Counted from the first letter of the whole stretch, positions 37,496 to 47,621 are shown. The stretch: 63,508 nt of DNA, filler included, from Candidatus Woesearchaeota archaeon (GCA_003695265.1; 6 parts of 6 records of this genome joined end to end with filler, not necessarily neighbours in it), one strand, 5' to 3'. Numbers and translations: made by a program. The notes: a model not told the origin generated them from the sequence alone.

Positions 37496-38440
37496 TTATA
37501 TTATTCCTGTTATTTTTAGTATAAAAAAAACATAAATTAGTAAGAACATCCCCCCTTCCCACTTGTTGATTTCCCTGTTCTCGCTGAAAAAATAGAAGAG
37601 GATTGTTGTGCCTATCAGCATTGGCAGCCCGAACTGAATAATCTGATCACTTATTCTTAAATCGCTTATCAGGCCAGGTATTCCGAAAACGACAAGTATG
37701 TTGAATATGTTTGAGCCTATTATGTTTCCAAAAGCTATTTCAGGATGGTTTTTTCTTGCTGCTGCAACTGTGACTGCCAGCTCAGGGAGAGATGTTCCTA
37801 AGGCTATAACACTTATTGCAATGACATCGCTTCCAATATTAAGGAGCTCTGAGAGCCTTATTACTGCAACAATAGTATATTTGGACCCAAAATAAATTCC
37901 GAGCCCGGACAAAATTAAGATTATTGGCAATAATAATGGAACGCTCCACTTAATTTCTTTTTCTGCTGTTTGTGTTAACTCCTTTTTGCGTTTGCTTCCA
38001 AGATACACCAAGTAAAAAGAATACACTGCCAAGCATATTATTGCATCTCCCAACGAGAATTTCCTGTCAAGCAGCATCATACCAACAAGGAATGTGGTTC
38101 CTGTCAAGAAAGGAAGGTCAGTCTCAGTCAAGTCGAATTTCACCCTCATTTTCTTGCTTACAAGCGCAGCAATTCCAATAATCAGCAAGATGTTTGCAAT
38201 GTTTGAGCCGACAACGTTTCCTGCAACTATTTCGCTTGATCCTTTCAAGACTGACCATATTGCAGAGCTTAGCTCAGGAAGAGACGTTCCTAAGGCTACG
38301 ATTGTGACTCCAACTATGAAAGGTGACACGCCCAAGATTACTCCTGTTTTCTTAGCAGCATCCGTAAAGAAATCAGAGCTCTTTATTAATACTGCAAGGC
38401 ATAGTATTAATATAATAATCCAAAGCAAAATTATTAACAT
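37496..38440 (-). CDS. Calcium/sodium antiporter (CaCA, YrbG-like)
   Basis: Two alpha-repeats GTSLPEL with GNVVGSN and GNIIGSN. Confidence 0.93.
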   Translation of the reverse strand: MLIILLWIIILILCLAVLIKSSDFFTDAAKKTGVILGVSPFIVGVTIVALGTSLPELSSAIWSVLKGSSEIVAGNVVGSNIANILLIIGIAALVSKKMRVKFDLTETDLPFLTGTTFLVGMMLLDRKFSLGDAIICLAVYSFYLVYLGSKRKKELTQTAEKEIKWSVPLLLPIILILSGLGIYFGSKYTIVAVIRLSELLNIGSDVIAISVIALGTSLPELAVTVAAARKNHPEIAFGNIIGSNIFNILVVFGIPGLISDLRISDQIIQFGLPMLIGTTILFYFFSENREINKWEGGMFLLIYVFFILKITGII

Positions 38441-38441
38441 T

Positions 38442-38780
38442 TTATTCTGTATTCTTGCTTTTTTTTGATTGCTCTCTTGATTTTGGTTTCTTTCTTAATT
38501 TCTCACGAAATTCTTTTATCTTGCTTATGTGAATCTCAGGGAAAAAACTTGACCTATAATCACATTTGTCACACTTGTACTCTTCCCTGAAAATTCCTAT
38601 TATGTTTGCCGGGCTGAGCCTTATTGAGCCGCATTTCGGGCATATGAGGACTAACTGGTGTTTTGCGAATTCCCTTTTCTTTTTTACCAAGACAACCCAA
38701 TAAAATATTAGTAGAAAAATAATAAGTGCCGCAGTGTTTGCCAATAATCTTATGATGTTACTCATCTTAAAGCTCGTCAC
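38442..38780 (-). CDS. Membrane-anchored zinc-ribbon protein
   Basis: TM then CPKCGS...YKCDKCDY; start may be the second Met. Confidence 0.7.
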   Translation of the reverse strand: MTSFKMSNIIRLLANTAALIIFLLIFYWVVLVKKKREFAKHQLVLICPKCGSIRLSPANIIGIFREEYKCDKCDYRSSFFPEIHISKIKEFREKLRKKPKSREQSKKSKNTE

Positions 38781-39192
38781 GCAACCGCATTAATTTTTTT
38801 ACGTTCTGATTATTATCACTAATAAACTTCCTTATCTTCAGCCTTATTTGCTCATCATTTGTTTCAGGCACGAGTTTCTCAAACTGCTTGACAGAATTTT
38901 TTTCTTTTTCATACAAAAACATGACAAAGTTTTTTATAAACTCAGGGTCAGAAGGGTCTGCCTCAAAGTATGTTTCTGTTTCTAAGTCCTCCTCGTACGT
39001 CTTTTCATCCTCTCTTTCCTCAAATATGTTAAGGCATGCTTTTATGTGTGATTCTTTGTTTGAAAGAAACTCTTTCAGTGTTTCCTTTGCTTCCTTATTA
39101 TTCACTTTATCAATGTATTTTCGTAAGTAGCCAGCTGTTTCCTCCTCTGTTTGAATTATTATAATCATAACATTTGTTGTTTCATCAGTCAT
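38767..39192 (-). CDS. Ferritin-like (rubrerythrin-like) four-helix protein
   Basis: E..Y and KESH pattern repeated in degenerate form in the second half. Confidence 0.55.
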   Translation of the reverse strand: MTDETTNVMIIIIQTEEETAGYLRKYIDKVNNKEAKETLKEFLSNKESHIKACLNIFEEREDEKTYEEDLETETYFEADPSDPEFIKNFVMFLYEKEKNSVKQFEKLVPETNDEQIRLKIRKFISDNNQNVKKLMRLRDEL

Positions 39193-39287
39193 GATCCTGT
39201 TGTGTTAAAATGTGTTTATAAATTTTGTTGAAAAATAGAAAACTTAATAAAGTGTTACTATCTAAAATAAATAAAAGAGGTGCTAAC

Positions 39288-40127
39288 ATGAATGCTGGCA
39301 TTCATTTCCTTGCAATAACATTAATTCTTGTTCTGGCACTAATAGGGTTAGACTACATGGACTTGTCTGGTGGCATAACTGGTTACGCCTTAAAAAATGT
39401 GCCTTCACTCGCGTATGTTAGTGCTCAAAATCCTGATTCTCCACAAAAACCTGTGCTGTTCGTGAAACCAAAAACAGGCAGTGTATCTGAGTCAGAAGCA
39501 ATGCCTAAGAAACCTCTTAAATTAAGTGTTCCTAAATCAAAAAAAGAGTTTAGGGGGGGTTACACAATAATTGATAAGAATAATAAAGGAGGGAAAAAGT
39601 TGTCTGATAATGTTATTATAGCAGGTAACCCAAACACTTATAAGTTTAATGATGGCAAATCCTGGTTTTTTTCAAGGCGTTTAAAAATGGACTTGAAAAT
39701 CAAGAGGATTTTCGAATCCTTTCTCGGTTTTAAAAAAGAGATCAAGCCAAGAAACAATGTTGTTTTAGACACAGACGGCAAACATGGATCCATTTTTAGG
39801 AGTGGCACAAAAACGAAGTCAATATCATTTTCTAACACTGCAACTAAAGTAGTAACGCCAGCAAACAGGATTGTTAAACCGTCGAGCAGGCGCGTTTCCC
39901 ACTTTGAGCCAAAAACAGCAGTTGCAACAAGAGTTGCAGAGAATTCTTATGTGTTGTGCAATGATTATGACGGACCTAGCTTCAGGTCAGCAAGTTTCTG
40001 CGAGGACAGGAATGGTTATCATTATGACACGTGCAATAATGAAGGGGCTGTTGATTACGTTTGCGAGAATGAGCTTTGCGTAGAGAGAAACATGAAATGT
40101 AGTTGCTCTTCCGGCATGTGCATATAA
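39288..40127 (+). CDS. Membrane-anchored surface protein with Cys-rich C-terminal domain
   Basis: TM plus ITGYA, C-terminal CNDYDG..C..DTC..YVC..C..CSCSSGMC; RBS AGAGGTG. Confidence 0.75.
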   Translation: MNAGIHFLAITLILVLALIGLDYMDLSGGITGYALKNVPSLAYVSAQNPDSPQKPVLFVKPKTGSVSESEAMPKKPLKLSVPKSKKEFRGGYTIIDKNNKGGKKLSDNVIIAGNPNTYKFNDGKSWFFSRRLKMDLKIKRIFESFLGFKKEIKPRNNVVLDTDGKHGSIFRSGTKTKSISFSNTATKVVTPANRIVKPSSRRVSHFEPKTAVATRVAENSYVLCNDYDGPSFRSASFCEDRNGYHYDTCNNEGAVDYVCENELCVERNMKCSCSSGMCI

Positions 40128-40182
40128 TTAGTTTATAATAAGAAATAATAAAATAAGAAATAATAAAATAAAAAAGCAGAAC

Positions 40183-40539
40183 TTATTCTGTTTTCTCTTC
40201 TTCAGATTCAGAATCTTCTGATGTTTCTTCTTGCACTGATTCTGTTCCAGTCTCTTCTGAAGGTTCTTCTTCAGCAGTAGCTTCACCCTCACTAGCCTCT
40301 GCTTCAGATTCTGCCTGCTCTTCCTCAGCAGGAGCTTCAGTTTCCTCTTCTGTTGTTTCTTCACTGCTTGTTTCCTCTGCTCCTGCAGTGGGTTCTGAAT
40401 CAGAACCTCCTTCTGATCCTTCAGCTGAGTCTGAACAAGAGCATGTTGAGCAAGTGTCTTCTTTTGCTTCCTCAGTGCTTTCTGTCTCCTCTTTCATCTC
40501 TTCAGTTTCTTGTGGCTCGTTCATTTCTTCATCTGTCAT
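40183..40539 (-). CDS. Highly acidic low-complexity protein with CxxCxC
   Basis: Strong RBS GGAGGTG, TATA-like element upstream and T-rich tract downstream. Confidence 0.75.
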   Translation of the reverse strand: MTDEEMNEPQETEEMKEETESTEEAKEDTCSTCSCSDSAEGSEGGSDSEPTAGAEETSSEETTEEETEAPAEEEQAESEAEASEGEATAEEEPSEETGTESVQEETSEDSESEEEKTE

Positions 40540-40652
40540 TCTTTATAACACCTCCATTAATTCAAGTGTAAAAATAAGTTTTTACCTCTCATATATAAAG
40601 ATTTTGGCTCTGAATGAGAAATCTTTTAAATGAGTTTTTATTCCTCTAACTA

Positions 40653-42761
40653 ATGTGTGGAATAGTTGGTGTTTTGAAGAGAAAGAATGCGTTTGACCTT
40701 GTAAAAAAAGGGCTTTGCTTGATTAAATACCGCGGCTTAGACGGTTTTGGCATTTATGGTGCAAAAATTCAAAAAGTTGGAAGCATAGCTTCTCTTAAAC
40801 GAGACTCTTCTGATATAATAATAGGCCATTGCCTTCATTCTGTTGTTAATCATGTTCCCCAGCCATTTAAGGGGAAAGGTGTTTTTTTTGCGAATTGCGA
40901 AATCTACAATTGGGAAGCGCTCTCAAAAAGATTCAGGTTAAATGCGAGAAATGATGCTGAAGCTTTTTTTCTTATGCTTGAAAGCAAGGAGATAAGTGAA
41001 GTGCTTGACTGCGTTGATGGTGTTTACGCTTTTTCATACCTTTTAAACAACAAGATTTACCTTGCTAGAGACATACTCGGCGTCAAGCCTTTGTGGTACA
41101 GCCATTCTGACGGCTTTGCTTTCGCCTCAGAAAAAAAGGCATTGGAAAAAATGGGTTATTTTGACATAATTGAGCTTAACCCCAGAAAAATTCTTGTTTA
41201 TAACTTGAGCAATGATTCTGTCGCATTTGTTGAAAGGGATTTCTTTCGCACGACTCCAGAAACCAGTTCTTCGCTTGATGAGATAGAGAGAAAGCTTGAG
41301 CTCTTAATCACAGAAGCTGTCAGGAAGAGAATTCCTTCAAAAAAATTCGGGGTGCTGTTCTCAGGAGGCATTGACTCCACTGTCATTGCGAAAACATGCA
41401 AGAAGCTAGGCGCGGACTTCACCTGCTACACAGCAGTCCTTGATGACCCTGCGCTTAAAATTCCTGAAGACCTTGTTTACTCAAAAAAAGTTGCTAAAAA
41501 GCTTGGGCTAAAGCTTAAAATAATAAGGATAAAATTGTCAGACATAGATTCTATTTTGAAAAAAGTCGTGCCATTGATCGAGGACACCAATGTCGTCAAG
41601 GTTGGCGTTGCACTAACTTTTTTTGCCGCATGCAAAAAGGCTTCTGAAGACGGATGTAAAGTTATTTTTTCAGGGCTCGGCGCTGAAGAGCTGTTTGCCG
41701 GCTACCAGAGGCATAAAAACTCGCTGGAGCTTAACAAAGAATGCGTTTCCGGTCTCTTAAAAATTTATGAGAGAGATACTTATAGGGATGATGTTATAAC
41801 AATGGCCAATAATCTTGAGTTAAGAGTTCCTTTCCTTGACAATGACCTTGTAAGCTTTTCACTTAAAATACCTGCACAATTCAAGCTTAAAGACAACTGT
41901 GAGAAATGGGTTTTAAGAAGGGTTGCTCAGAGGATTGGGATTCCTGAAGAGCTCTGCTTTAGGAAGAAGCGCGCAGCCCAGTACGGAAGCAATTTTCATA
42001 AGGCATTGCAGAAACTTACAAGAAAGGCAAAGCTGAAGTACATTAGCGAGTACCTTCTTAGGTTTTACCCAACACATAATGTTCCTCTCGGCGCTTTAAT
42101 AAGTTCTGGAAAAGACAGCTTATACGCTATGTATGTCATGATGCGCCAGAATTATAAGATTAATTGTTTGATAACAATAAAAAGCAAAGCTCAAGATTCT
42201 TTCATGTTTCACACACCAACAGTTGATCTTGTAAAGCTGCAGGCAGAAGCCATGGGCCTGCCCCTAATAGAAAAAGATACGACAGGAGAAAAAGAGTCAG
42301 AGCTTAAAGACCTTAAGAAAGCGCTGTCAATGGCAAAGAACCAGTTTGGGATTGAGGGTGTTGTTAATGGAGCGTTATTCTCGAATTATCAAAGAGAACG
42401 TATTGAGAGGGTTTGCGATTCATTAAATCTTAAAATATTTTCTCCTTTATGGCATTTAAACCAGGAGTCTGAGATGCGTGAGATTCTAAGAGAAGGCTTT
42501 GAGTTTGTTTTCAGCAGCGTGGCTGCTGACGGCCTTGACAAGTCATGGATTAACAAGATTATTACCCACACTGATGTGGACAAGCTAGTGAGGCTAAACG
42601 CAAAAAACAGCATTAATGTATCAGGAGAAGGAGGTGAATTCGAGACTCTTGTTTTAAACGCGCCAATGTTTAAGAAAAGAATAAGAATTGAGGACTTTGA
42701 AATAGAAGAGGATGGTCCTAATGTTGCGAGGCTTGTTGTTAAGAAAGCATCTCTGCAATAA
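40653..42761 (+). CDS. Asparagine synthetase-like (class II GATase + synthetase) fused to diphthine--ammonia ligase (Dph6)
   Basis: N-terminal MCGIVG, RG.D, LFSGGIDS, SGLGAEELFAGY, ELRVPFLD; then ISSGKDS, SFMFH, GALFSNYQ, PLW, GEGGEFET. Confidence 0.9.
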   Translation: MCGIVGVLKRKNAFDLVKKGLCLIKYRGLDGFGIYGAKIQKVGSIASLKRDSSDIIIGHCLHSVVNHVPQPFKGKGVFFANCEIYNWEALSKRFRLNARNDAEAFFLMLESKEISEVLDCVDGVYAFSYLLNNKIYLARDILGVKPLWYSHSDGFAFASEKKALEKMGYFDIIELNPRKILVYNLSNDSVAFVERDFFRTTPETSSSLDEIERKLELLITEAVRKRIPSKKFGVLFSGGIDSTVIAKTCKKLGADFTCYTAVLDDPALKIPEDLVYSKKVAKKLGLKLKIIRIKLSDIDSILKKVVPLIEDTNVVKVGVALTFFAACKKASEDGCKVIFSGLGAEELFAGYQRHKNSLELNKECVSGLLKIYERDTYRDDVITMANNLELRVPFLDNDLVSFSLKIPAQFKLKDNCEKWVLRRVAQRIGIPEELCFRKKRAAQYGSNFHKALQKLTRKAKLKYISEYLLRFYPTHNVPLGALISSGKDSLYAMYVMMRQNYKINCLITIKSKAQDSFMFHTPTVDLVKLQAEAMGLPLIEKDTTGEKESELKDLKKALSMAKNQFGIEGVVNGALFSNYQRERIERVCDSLNLKIFSPLWHLNQESEMREILREGFEFVFSSVAADGLDKSWINKIITHTDVDKLVRLNAKNSINVSGEGGEFETLVLNAPMFKKRIRIEDFEIEEDGPNVARLVVKKASLQ

Positions 42762-42858
42762 TAATATAATAAATCTTGATTTTGTTCATATAAAAATCTT
42801 CCCACTGGTCACAAAGCTAAGTAAGATTTTTATACTCCCCTATGTTTTAGGATGAAAC

Positions 42859-44037
42859 ATGCCAGTTTACTCTCACTCAAAGCTAAGCACTTTTGAGCAG
42901 TGCAGGCTAAAGTTTAAGTTTAATTATATTGACAAGATAAAGACTGAGATAGAGCAAACAGTTGAGGCTTTCCTAGGATCATTAGTTCATGCAACCCTGG
43001 AAAAGCTTTACAATGACTTAAAATTCCAGAAAATTAACTCATTACAAGACCTCCTCGATTTCTTTAATAAAGAATGGGAAAAGAATTGGAATGATTCAAT
43101 ACTTATTGTGCGGGATGAGTATGACAAGGAGAATTACAGGAAGATGGGTGAGAAATTCATAACTGATTATTACAACAGGTTTAAGCCTTTTGACCAGGAC
43201 AGAACGATAGCCACTGAGCAGCATGTCATAATAAACATTGGAGATTACACTGTTGAGGGTTATATAGACAGGATTGCTGATGAAGGCAACGGCGTTTACG
43301 CAATTCATGATTACAAAACATCCAACACTCTTATGACGCAGGACAGGGCTGATGAGGACAGGCAGCTCGCATTATACGCTTTAGCAGTTAAGGAGCTTTA
43401 TAAGGACTGCAAGGAAGTAAAGCTAATCTGGCATTTCCTCGCGTTTGACAAGGATGTTGTCTCAAAGAGGACGGACGAGCAGCTTATGAAGCTTAAATCA
43501 GAAATAATAAGCCTTATTAAGCAGATTGAGAACAACACAGATTTTCCGCCAAGCGTTTCAAGGCTTTGCGACTGGTGCGAATTCAGGCCCATCTGCCCGC
43601 AGTTCAAGCACCTTTTTGAGCTGGAAAAAAAGGAGCCAAACGAATTCTTAAGCGACTCAGGAGTAAAATTGGTTAATGAGTATGCTGAGACAAAAGAGCA
43701 AATTGACATGCTTGAGGAGAAGCTTGAAAAAATAAGGGAGGCCCTTGTTGCATTTGCGAAAAAGGAGAATGTTGAGCAGGTTTTCGGCTCAAATGTCATA
43801 GCCTCTATAAAGGAATATCCTAAGCTTAGCTACCCAAAAAGAAATGATCCCCGCCAAAAAGAGTTTCTCAGTACAATAAAACAGGTTGGATTGTGGGGTA
43901 AATTAGCCACTGTTGACGTTTACGAGCTCACAAAGATGATAAATAGGGGAGAGCTTCATGAAGATATAATCAAGTTGCTGGAAAAATTTATTGACAGGGA
44001 TAAAATCCAGAGGGTTAGCTTGAAGAAGAAATATTAA
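42859..44037 (+). CDS. PD-(D/E)xK RecB/Cas4-like nuclease with putative 4Fe-4S staple
   Basis: YSHS.L.TFEQC, GSLVH, E, GYIDRI, HDYKT, QLALY, CDWCEFRPIC. Confidence 0.88.
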   Translation: MPVYSHSKLSTFEQCRLKFKFNYIDKIKTEIEQTVEAFLGSLVHATLEKLYNDLKFQKINSLQDLLDFFNKEWEKNWNDSILIVRDEYDKENYRKMGEKFITDYYNRFKPFDQDRTIATEQHVIINIGDYTVEGYIDRIADEGNGVYAIHDYKTSNTLMTQDRADEDRQLALYALAVKELYKDCKEVKLIWHFLAFDKDVVSKRTDEQLMKLKSEIISLIKQIENNTDFPPSVSRLCDWCEFRPICPQFKHLFELEKKEPNEFLSDSGVKLVNEYAETKEQIDMLEEKLEKIREALVAFAKKENVEQVFGSNVIASIKEYPKLSYPKRNDPRQKEFLSTIKQVGLWGKLATVDVYELTKMINRGELHEDIIKLLEKFIDRDKIQRVSLKKKY

Positions 44038-44100
44038 ACTTATCAATTTGTTCTGATATAAAATGTTAATTAATGCTTAAAAGAATTTGCTTTTTCAGAT

Positions 44101-44194
44101 ATTAGCTTAATTGAGATGAGAATAAGTTTTTGTGCAAAGAGCAATGTGGGCAAGACTAAAAAAATTTGCAAGCTTACAAAAAACAAAATTAATC
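44101..44194 (-). repeat. Dispersed intergenic element, copy 8 (reverse, decayed)
   Basis: Reverse complement AATTTTGTT...TTTTAGTCTTGCCCACATTGCTC..TGCACAAAA...CAATTAAGCT aligns to copy 4. Confidence 0.7.
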
Positions 44195-44295
44195 ACATAT
44201 AAAAGCATATATTTACTACTAAGCAAGAAAACAAATGTTTAAATATAATAAAGCACATAAATAGTTTTTGTTAGGTTTTAGTGTGGGTGGGGACT

Positions 44296-44445
44296 ATGGA
44301 GCTTCTGAACGTGTTTGATTCTATAGATTATTTAGAGCCAAAATGCCCAAAGTGTGGTATTGTTCTAGATTACGGCACAAACACAAGGTATGATGAGAAG
44401 CTAAAGTCGCACAAATGTCTTAGCTGTGGCACAAAGCTTGAATAA
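44296..44445 (+). CDS. Small zinc-ribbon protein, 49 aa (absent from ORF track)
   Basis: MELLNVFDSIDYLEPKCPKCGIVLDYGTNTRYDEKLKSHKCLSCGTKLE; two CxxCG; G-rich RBS; TATA ~44237. Confidence 0.82.
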   Translation: MELLNVFDSIDYLEPKCPKCGIVLDYGTNTRYDEKLKSHKCLSCGTKLE

Positions 44446-44498
44446 ACCTTTTCTCCATAGAAATCTATTTAAATCAATTGTTAATTTCTTATTGCGTT

Positions 44499-47400
44499 AT
44501 GTCAAAAAAGTACGATCCGCATGAAATTGAGCCCAGAATATTGGATTTCTGGAAGAGGAACAGAACGCACGAGAAAGCCAAGAAAAAAGGAAAAAAATAT
44601 TATTTCTTAGATGGACCACCGTACACTTCAGGAAAAGTACATATAGGGACTGCTTGGAATAAGGCATTAAAAGACTGTGTTCTTAGGTATAAGAGAATGA
44701 AAGGTTTTGACGTTTGGGATCGTGCAGGGTATGACATGCACGGCCTGCCAACAGAAAATGCAGTCGCAAAAAAATTTGGGCTTGAAACAAAAGATGACAT
44801 AATAAAATATGGTGTTAGGAAGTTCGTTCAGGAATGCGAGAAGTTCGCAGTAAGCAATATGAGAGTGATGAATGAGGATTTTACGCGATTGGGTGTGTGG
44901 ATGGATTTCAAAAATGCTTACCAATCAATAAAACAGGATTTTATGTCAGGAGAATGGTGGCTGATAAAACAGGCGCATAAGAAAGGCAGATTATATGAGG
45001 GTCAGAAAACAATGCATTGGTGCGCTCATTGCGCAACAGCACTTGCAAAGCATGAATTAGAATACAAGAATGTGAAGGACAATTCTATCTTTGTAAAGTT
45101 TCCGGTTGTTGGAAAGAAAAATGAATTCCTTATAATCTGGACAACAACTCCTTGGACAATTCCTTACAACCTTGCTGTTATGGTTCACCCTGACTTTGAT
45201 TATGTTAAGGCAAAGGTGGGTGATGAGATTTGGATTGTTGCAAAAGGGCTCTCAGGAGTTTTCCTTGGGAACTTTGCCGGGAAAGAATACAAAATAATTG
45301 AGGAGTTCAAGGGCTCTGAGTTGGAAGGATTGCACTACCACCACCCATTTGAAAAATACATAAAGGATTATGAGGAGATAAGAAAGAAATCAGAAAAGCT
45401 CCATTCAGTAGTGATGTCATCTGAGTACGTTGACCTTAGTGGAGGAACAGGCCTTGTTCATTGCGCTCCAGGATGCGGTCCAGAAGATTATGAAGTTGGT
45501 TACAGGAATAACCTGCCTCCTTACAACAACCTTTCTGAAGAAGGTGTTTTTCCAGAACACATGGGAAAATTCAAAGGATTGGTCGCGAAAAAAGATGATA
45601 ACAAATTTATAAAGGCGCTTGAGGATGAGAATGTTTTGATAGCGACAAGCGAGATAGAGCATGATTACGCGCACTGCTGGAGATGCCACGCTCCAGTAAT
45701 TTTCAGGACAACAACGCAGTGGTTCTTCAAGATTGAAGACTTGAAGGAAAACATGCGGGAACTGAACAAGTCAATAAAGTGGGTTCCTGACTGGGCTGGC
45801 TCAAGGCAGTTTGATTCGTGGCTCGAAAACCTTAGGGACAATTCGATAACAAGGCAGCGGTTTTGGGGCACTCCAGTTCCAATATGGAAATGTAATAAAT
45901 GCAAGAATTACGAAGTTATTGGATCTATTGGTGAGTTAAAAGAGAAAGCGGGTTTTATTCCAGAGAACATTCACGTTCCGTGGATTGATGAGGTTACTTT
46001 TTCATGTGAGAAATGCAAAGGCGAAATGAGGAGAATTCCTGACATACTTGATGTTTGGATTGATGCTGGCACGACTTCGTGGACGTGCCTTGATTTCCCG
46101 CAGGAGAAAGAGCTTTTCAAAAAGATGTTCCCGCCTGATTTTATACTTGAAGGGAAGGATCAGATCAGAGGATGGTTCAACCTTTTGTTTGTCGCGTCCA
46201 TGATTGGGCATGAAAGCATAGCTTACAAATCAGTCTATATGCACGGCTTTGTTCAAGATGCACAAGGCCGCAAGATGTCAAAGTCATTGGGGAATTATAT
46301 TGTGCCTCAGGAGGTTATTGACAAGTACGGCGCAGATACTTTAAGGTATTACACGATAAGTGGGGCAAACCCAGGAGTTGACTTGAACTATAATTTTGAT
46401 GACATGCGAATAAAAAGCAAAAACCTACATATTCTCTGGAACCTGCACAACTTTGTAATTGACTTTGCTAAAGAAGTAGGGATTAATCCAAGTACGACAA
46501 ATAAAGCACGCTTAGACACAGAAGAGAAGTACATTTTATCAAGGCTAAACTCAACCATAAAAAATGTGAATGAATTGTTTGAGGATTACAAGCTGAACGA
46601 GGTTCCTCTCAGGATAGAAGAACTTTTTTTGGATTTAAGCAGGACTTACCTGCAGCTCGTGAGAGAAAAGTCAAGCTTGGGGAAAAAAGAGGAAAAACAG
46701 GCAGTCCTATATACAACATTTAAAGTGTTGCTTGAAACATTAAAGCTTTTCGCACCTGTATGCCCATTCATAACAGAGGAAATTTATCAAAATCTCAAGA
46801 AAGAGTTTAACCTGAAAGAGGAAAGCATTCACTTCTTCAGTTACCCAACACACGATGAAGGCTTGATAAATGAAAATCTCGAGAAAGAGTTTGATATTGC
46901 AAAAAGCGCAATACAAGCAATACTATCAGCAAGGGAGTCAGCGCAGCTCGGCGTCAGGTGGCCGGTCAGCAGCGTTGTTTTTGTGAGCGAAGATGACAAT
47001 GTGAAAAGCTCGTTGGAGGTTATGGAGGAGATTATTAAAACGCAGACAAATGTTAAGAATGTTGAGGTAAGAAGTGGTTTCGACAAGGTAAAGTACTCAT
47101 TGAAGCCAAGCTCAAGGTTCTGGCAAGAATTCAAGGAAGACAGCCATAAGCTGGCTGAGCACATAAAAAAGATGGACGCCCAGAAAACAGCAGCAACAGT
47201 AGCAAAAAACGGGAAAATGCCTGTTACAATAGGCAAAAAGGAATATGTTATCAAAGAGGAACACTTAGAGATTGAGAGAAGCGTTCCTGAGCCTTACAAA
47301 GAAGCAGAATTCAGAAGTGGATTTGCCTACTTGGACTGCAGAAGGACAAAAGAACTGGACGCTGAAGGATTCGCCAGAGAGATAATGCGCAGAATCCAGA

Positions 47401-47612
47401 ATGAGAGAAAGAAAGCAGGCCTGAAAAAACAGGATGAGATACACTTGTTTATTGAAACAGATGATGAGACAGAAGAAATGCTGAAAGCATGGCAAGACAC
47501 AATAAAAGAAAAGGTCGGCGCAACGACCCTGACTTTTGGCGCTCCTCATGAGAGATTCACTAATTCTAGCGAGGAAAAAATAAAAGGTAAGAAAATAAAA
47601 ATATTTTTTTAG
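44499..47612 (+). CDS. ileS: Isoleucine--tRNA ligase
   Basis: DGPPY, HIGT, WTTTPWT, GTGLVH, EGKDQIRGWF, KMSKS. Confidence 0.97.
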   Translation: MSKKYDPHEIEPRILDFWKRNRTHEKAKKKGKKYYFLDGPPYTSGKVHIGTAWNKALKDCVLRYKRMKGFDVWDRAGYDMHGLPTENAVAKKFGLETKDDIIKYGVRKFVQECEKFAVSNMRVMNEDFTRLGVWMDFKNAYQSIKQDFMSGEWWLIKQAHKKGRLYEGQKTMHWCAHCATALAKHELEYKNVKDNSIFVKFPVVGKKNEFLIIWTTTPWTIPYNLAVMVHPDFDYVKAKVGDEIWIVAKGLSGVFLGNFAGKEYKIIEEFKGSELEGLHYHHPFEKYIKDYEEIRKKSEKLHSVVMSSEYVDLSGGTGLVHCAPGCGPEDYEVGYRNNLPPYNNLSEEGVFPEHMGKFKGLVAKKDDNKFIKALEDENVLIATSEIEHDYAHCWRCHAPVIFRTTTQWFFKIEDLKENMRELNKSIKWVPDWAGSRQFDSWLENLRDNSITRQRFWGTPVPIWKCNKCKNYEVIGSIGELKEKAGFIPENIHVPWIDEVTFSCEKCKGEMRRIPDILDVWIDAGTTSWTCLDFPQEKELFKKMFPPDFILEGKDQIRGWFNLLFVASMIGHESIAYKSVYMHGFVQDAQGRKMSKSLGNYIVPQEVIDKYGADTLRYYTISGANPGVDLNYNFDDMRIKSKNLHILWNLHNFVIDFAKEVGINPSTTNKARLDTEEKYILSRLNSTIKNVNELFEDYKLNEVPLRIEELFLDLSRTYLQLVREKSSLGKKEEKQAVLYTTFKVLLETLKLFAPVCPFITEEIYQNLKKEFNLKEESIHFFSYPTHDEGLINENLEKEFDIAKSAIQAILSARESAQLGVRWPVSSVVFVSEDDNVKSSLEVMEEIIKTQTNVKNVEVRSGFDKVKYSLKPSSRFWQEFKEDSHKLAEHIKKMDAQKTAATVAKNGKMPVTIGKKEYVIKEEHLEIERSVPEPYKEAEFRSGFAYLDCRRTKELDAEGFAREIMRRIQNERKKAGLKKQDEIHLFIETDDETEEMLKAWQDTIKEKVGATTLTFGAPHERFTNSSEEKIKGKKIKIFF

Positions 47613-47621
47613 AATAAGATT

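Noticed and set aside
40137..40171. AATAAGAAATAATAA tandem repeat
   Set aside because: Low-complexity AT tract between convergent genes, best explained as an oligo-T terminator region.
42859..44037. CRISPR-Cas locus
   Set aside because: Only a solo Cas4/RecB-like gene; no cas1/cas2 or array.
44499..47612. HIGT instead of HIGH in IleRS
   Set aside because: HxGT variants are common in archaeal IleRS.
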